A DNA stretch of 64,000 nt, from the NCBI GenBank assembly GCA_963737655.1, contig CAVTTN010000002.1, positions 7,232,001 to 7,296,000 on the forward strand, written 5' to 3'. The translations under genes were made by a program, and so were the position numbers. Shown here in pieces: positions 59,964 through 64,000 of the stretch. The notes under the pieces were generated by a model, which was not told the DNA's origin, ran no database searches, and saw only the letters and a program-made list of their open reading frames with translations. Every line of letters begins with the position of its first letter. The stretch's first letter is position 1. The DNA comes from an uncultured Planctomycetota bacterium (GTDB taxonomy: Bacteria > Planctomycetota > Planctomycetia > Isosphaerales > Isosphaeraceae).

Positions 59964-59987
59964 CCCCTTCGCGAAGGAGGTCCGCCG

Positions 59988-62900
59988 ATGCCTTTCGATG
60001 CCGATGATCCCCGGCTGACGGCCTACGCGCTGGGCGAGCTGGAGGACGACGAGAAAGCCGACCTGGAGGCGATCCTGGCCGACTCGGCCGAGGGCCGCCA
60101 GGTCGTGGAGGAGCTCCGGGCCACCGCCCGCCTCCTGTCCGAGACCCTCTCCGAGGAGCCCAGCCCCGGGCTTGCCTCAGAACACCGAGAGGCGATCGAA
60201 ACCCGCCTGAACCCCTCGCCGGCGCCCCATCGCTGGACCCGGTTCGTGGGCTACGGGATCGCCGCGAGCCTGCTGATCGGCTTCGGCGGGACGGCGGCCC
60301 TGATGGTCCTCCGCGATCGCGGACCCAAGGAAACGCCGATGACCCTCGCCCTCCGAGACGCCCACCGCAAGGCGGCGGAAATGGAGGGTGTGGAGGTCTT
60401 CAGCGACGGGATCGTCGCGGGCGGCGGGAGAGGCACGGTCCCGGAGGCGCCGAAGTCGTCGAAGGATGCTTATGATCGGTCCTCGGGCAAGAATGCCTTG
60501 ATGGAAAAAGACGCGTCGGAGACGACCTCCAATTTCTATGTGGCTCCTTCGGCGCCGGCCGCCCCGGTGACGGGCCGAGGCGTGGCCGGTGGGCTGGGCT
60601 ACGGTCGTTCGATCGCCCAGGGTGGCCGCATGCAGTCCTCGCCGACGGCCCCGGCCCCGGCGGGAGGGGCGGTCGCGGGCAGGCGGCCGGCTCCAGAGCG
60701 GGAATTGTTCGGCGAACCGTCGGTTCAGGGGCCATCGAACGCGTCGGTCGATGCGATGGCCCAGTCGCGGACGGTCGAAGTCACCAAGAGCCCCGTCGTC
60801 GGCCCGGGGATCATGCGGAACGGCACCGTCTCGTCGGGGTCGGCCGCGTCCGGGGCACCCGCGACGAAGGCACCGCTCGTCGTGGGACATACAGGCGACG
60901 GTGGATTGGGCGGCGCATCGCAGGGTATGCAGCCCTTCAATAAGGATTACGTGCTCCCGATGGTCCCGGGGTCGGCTGGTGTGCACTCCCCCTTCGCTGT
61001 CGAGGCCCTGGCGAAGAAGAAGGCCTCGGCCGGGCCCGAGGCCGCGGGGATCCCGAGGGAGAACGCGACCGATTTCGAGAAACAGGGTGCCCAGGCCCGG
61101 ACCTTCGCCCTGGCTCCGCAGCCGGGGAAGGACCAGGCCGCCGGGAATGCCCCCAAGTCCAATCTCGCGGCGGGCCTCGAACCCGCGCAACGGTTTAAGA
61201 TGCTCGGCGACATGCCCGCCCAGAACAAGCAGACCGGGAAGCCGGGCGACACCAAGCTCTTCGCCCAGATGGACGACCAGGCCCAGGCCGTCAAGCCCGG
61301 ACAGCCCCAGGGCGGCAAGCCCGGTGACCAGGCCCCGGCCGGCAAGCCCCAGTCGGCTCCCGTGGGCCTCGGCCGCGCTCCGATGGAGCAGAAGGGCGTT
61401 CCCTCGAAGCAGGAGGCACGCGGCCGGGTCGATCAACTCGCCCTGGGCGAGATCGACGGGGAGAGGGCAAAGCGAGATCGAGTGCCGATCGTCGATCCCA
61501 GCGTCGCCCAGGCCCCCGCCCCCGAGGCGAAGCCCGCCCAGGAGGTCCCTCCCCCGGTCCCTCTCGCCGCCGCCCCGGCCCCCGAGCCCGACGTCCAGGC
61601 CGAGGAGTTCGGCGAGATCATCGACAACCCGTTCCTCTCCGCCGCCGCCGAGCCGCTCTCGACGTTCTCGATCGACGTCGATACCGCCTCCTATGCGAAC
61701 ATCCGCCGGTATCTGACCGTCAACAACACCCGCCCGCCCAAGGACGCGGTGCGGATCGAGGAAATGCTCAATTATTTCCCCTATCGCTACGACCCGCCCA
61801 GGGCCGACGCCAAGGAGCCGTTCTCGGTCCACACCGAGGTCTTCCGCTGCCCGTGGGACGCGACGCATCAGCTCGCCCGGATCGGCCTGAAGGGCAAGGT
61901 GGACACCAAGCGGAAGATGTCCAACCTCGTGTTCCTCGTCGATGTCTCCGGCTCGATGCAGCTGCCCGCCAAGCTGCCGTTGGTGAAGGCGTCGCTGCGG
62001 ATGCTCACCGAGGGGCTCGGCGAGAATGACCGCGTGGCCATCGTCGTCTACGCCGGGAGCGAGGGGCTGGCCCTGCCCTCGACCTCGGGGATTCGCAAGG
62101 GCGAGATCGTCTCGGCGATCGATCAGCTTGAGGCCGGAGGCTCGACCAATGGCGGGGCCGGGCTCGTCCTGGCGTATGACGTGGCCCTGCGGAACTTCAT
62201 CAAGGGCGGGGTGAACCGCGTGATCCTCGCCACCGACGGCGACTTCAACGTCGGGATCACCGGCGACGCGGCCCTCGAAGAGCTGATCCGCGCCAAGGCC
62301 AAGACCGGAGTGGCGCTGAGCGTCCTGGGGTTCGGCATGGGGAACCTCAAGGACAAGAAGATGGAGACCCTGGCCGACAAGGGGAACGGCAATTACGCCT
62401 ACATCGACACCCTCGGCGAGGCCCGGAAGGTCCTGGTGGAGCAGATGGACGGCACCCTCGTGACGATCGCCAAGGACGTCAAGATCCAGGTCGATTTCAA
62501 CGCCGCGAAGGTGGGCCAGTACCGCCTGATCGGCTACGAGAACCGCGCCCTGGCCGCCCAGGACTTCGCCGACGACTCGAAGGACGCCGGGGAGATCGGC
62601 GCCGGCCATACCGTCACCGCCCTCTATGAGCTGATCCCGCCCGGCAAGGACGGCCCGGCGAAGGACGTGGCCTCGAAGTACGCCAGGGGCAAGGCCGGCG
62701 ACCCCGAAAGCCCCGACCTCTTCACCCTGAAGCTCCGCTACAAGGCGCCGGACGGCGACGTCAGCACCCTGATCGAAACCCCGGTGAAGGACGAGCCGAA
62801 GGACTACGCCGCGGCCTCGACCGACTCGAAGTTCGCCGCCTCGGTGGCCGCCTTCGGGATGATCCTGAGGAATTCCCCCTACAAGGGGAACACCACGATC

Positions 62901-63014
62901 CCCGCCGTGATCGAATGGGCCGAGGCGAGCAAGTCCGACGACCCGGGCGGCTACCGCAAGGAGTTCGTCGAGCTCGTGAAGAAGGCCCAGGCCCTGCTCC
63001 CGGCGGCGAAGTAG
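59988..63014 (+). CDS. Anti-sigma-like N-terminus + TM + YfbK-like vWA domain protein
   Basis: LTAYALGEL anti-sigma start; STFSIDVDTASY, DVSGSM MIDAS, ATDGDFNVG, YRLIGYENR. Confidence 0.92.
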   Translation: MPFDADDPRLTAYALGELEDDEKADLEAILADSAEGRQVVEELRATARLLSETLSEEPSPGLASEHREAIETRLNPSPAPHRWTRFVGYGIAASLLIGFGGTAALMVLRDRGPKETPMTLALRDAHRKAAEMEGVEVFSDGIVAGGGRGTVPEAPKSSKDAYDRSSGKNALMEKDASETTSNFYVAPSAPAAPVTGRGVAGGLGYGRSIAQGGRMQSSPTAPAPAGGAVAGRRPAPERELFGEPSVQGPSNASVDAMAQSRTVEVTKSPVVGPGIMRNGTVSSGSAASGAPATKAPLVVGHTGDGGLGGASQGMQPFNKDYVLPMVPGSAGVHSPFAVEALAKKKASAGPEAAGIPRENATDFEKQGAQARTFALAPQPGKDQAAGNAPKSNLAAGLEPAQRFKMLGDMPAQNKQTGKPGDTKLFAQMDDQAQAVKPGQPQGGKPGDQAPAGKPQSAPVGLGRAPMEQKGVPSKQEARGRVDQLALGEIDGERAKRDRVPIVDPSVAQAPAPEAKPAQEVPPPVPLAAAPAPEPDVQAEEFGEIIDNPFLSAAAEPLSTFSIDVDTASYANIRRYLTVNNTRPPKDAVRIEEMLNYFPYRYDPPRADAKEPFSVHTEVFRCPWDATHQLARIGLKGKVDTKRKMSNLVFLVDVSGSMQLPAKLPLVKASLRMLTEGLGENDRVAIVVYAGSEGLALPSTSGIRKGEIVSAIDQLEAGGSTNGGAGLVLAYDVALRNFIKGGVNRVILATDGDFNVGITGDAALEELIRAKAKTGVALSVLGFGMGNLKDKKMETLADKGNGNYAYIDTLGEARKVLVEQMDGTLVTIAKDVKIQVDFNAAKVGQYRLIGYENRALAAQDFADDSKDAGEIGAGHTVTALYELIPPGKDGPAKDVASKYARGKAGDPESPDLFTLKLRYKAPDGDVSTLIETPVKDEPKDYAAASTDSKFAASVAAFGMILRNSPYKGNTTIPAVIEWAEASKSDDPGGYRKEFVELVKKAQALLPAAK

Positions 63015-63169
63015 CCGCGACCGCCGCCGAATCCCGAGATCCGAGGCCCCTCGACCGAGACATTCGGCCGGGGGGCCTCGGCATTTCCGGGGCTCGCCGA
63101 GTATCCTGTCTGTCCGCCATCGACGCCGCCCCAACCCGAACTGCCCGGCCCCGAGGAGGGCCTGACCCG

Positions 63170-63583
63170 ATGGAAAAGCCCTGGAGGTTGCGCCTGACCC
63201 TCGGCGGGATGATGCTCGTCATCGCCGTGGCGGCCCTGGTGATCCTGGCCCTGAAGCCCTCGGGCACGACGTTCGAGGACCTCAAGGAAGGGACCGGCCC
63301 GGCGGCGAAGACGGGCGACACGGTCTCGGTCCACTACGTCGGCCAGCTCTTCAGCGGCAAGGAATTCGACTCCTCGCGGACCCGAGGGACGCCGTTCGAG
63401 TTCACCCTGGGCCGGGGGATGGTCATCACGGGCTGGGACAAGGGGATCGTCGGGATGAAGGTCGGAGGCATCCGCCGCCTGACGATCCCGCCGGACGAGG
63501 GATACGGCGCGATGGGCCGCCCGCCGACGATCCCGCCGGAATCTACCCTGGTCTTTGAAGTCGAACTCTTGAAGATCCAGTGA
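63170..63583 (+). CDS. Membrane-anchored FKBP-type peptidyl-prolyl isomerase
   Basis: VHYVG..FDSS, VITGWDKG, IPP.STLVFEVELL. Confidence 0.95.
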   Translation: MEKPWRLRLTLGGMMLVIAVAALVILALKPSGTTFEDLKEGTGPAAKTGDTVSVHYVGQLFSGKEFDSSRTRGTPFEFTLGRGMVITGWDKGIVGMKVGGIRRLTIPPDEGYGAMGRPPTIPPESTLVFEVELLKIQ

Positions 63584-63693
63584 TTCGGGGCAAAAGCCCG
63601 GCCTCTCGCTCGGCGACCTTGTTCGCGACCGTCCCGGATGATAGAAGCGAGGGCCCTGCCGCCCGATCCCCTCGCCTCGGAGAGACCCGACGG

Positions 63694-64000
63694 ATGGCCG
63701 ATGACCTCGCCTTCGCCACGATCCCCCAGCTTGGCGCCAAGCTCCGCTCGGGGGCGATCTCCTCGGTCGAGCTCACGAAGGTTTTCCTCGATCGGTTGGA
63801 GAAGATCGGCCCGAGGTTCAATTGCGTGGTCACGTTGACGCGCGATCTCGCCCTGGAGCAGGCCGAGAGGGCCGACCGCGAGCTCAAGCAGGGCAAGGAT
63901 CGCGGGCCCCTTCATGGGATTCCCTATGGCGGCAAGGATTTGCTCGCCACCAGGGGAATCCGCACGACCTGGGGCTGTGCCCCGTACCGGGATCGCGTCT
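63694..64000 (+). CDS. Amidase-signature family protein (3'-truncated; absent from the ORF track)
   Basis: Manual translation: MADDLAFATI...SSVELT...RGPLHGIPYGGKDLLATRGIRTTWG. Confidence 0.92.
   Translation, partial: MADDLAFATIPQLGAKLRSGAISSVELTKVFLDRLEKIGPRFNCVVTLTRDLALEQAERADRELKQGKDRGPLHGIPYGGKDLLATRGIRTTWGCAPYRDRV

Overview
High-GC bacterial chromosomal window, almost certainly Planctomycetota and probably Isosphaeraceae-like. Markers are DUF1501, a DUF1549/DUF1553 cytochrome c, DUF1559, Uma2 genes, an ECF sigma/Ser-Thr kinase pair and PEP-CTERM genes. It is mostly housekeeping: hisS-hisZ-hisG, rplY-pth-rpsF-ssb-rplI-dnaB, an M16 peptidase pair, mntH, cbiG, recN and envelope glycosyltransferases. 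About eight genes are broken by single-base indels, mostly in G/C runs, which looks like long-read error. I saw no rRNA, tRNA, CRISPR array, transposase or prophage. Most interesting: (1) a 147-bp MITE with perfect 27-bp TIRs inserted, with a 4-bp duplication, in the loop of a REP palindrome; (2) two divergent PEP-CTERM genes each followed by an identical 38-bp hairpin, between an ECF/kinase pair and two GT-C-like paralogs; (3) a small Tat-signal GatC/AtzG-like protein that may export a signal-less amidase; (4) an orphan Tae3/CHAP-like amidase; (5) an AT-rich 870-bp gap between convergent genes. All family calls come from motif recognition by eye, not from database searches.
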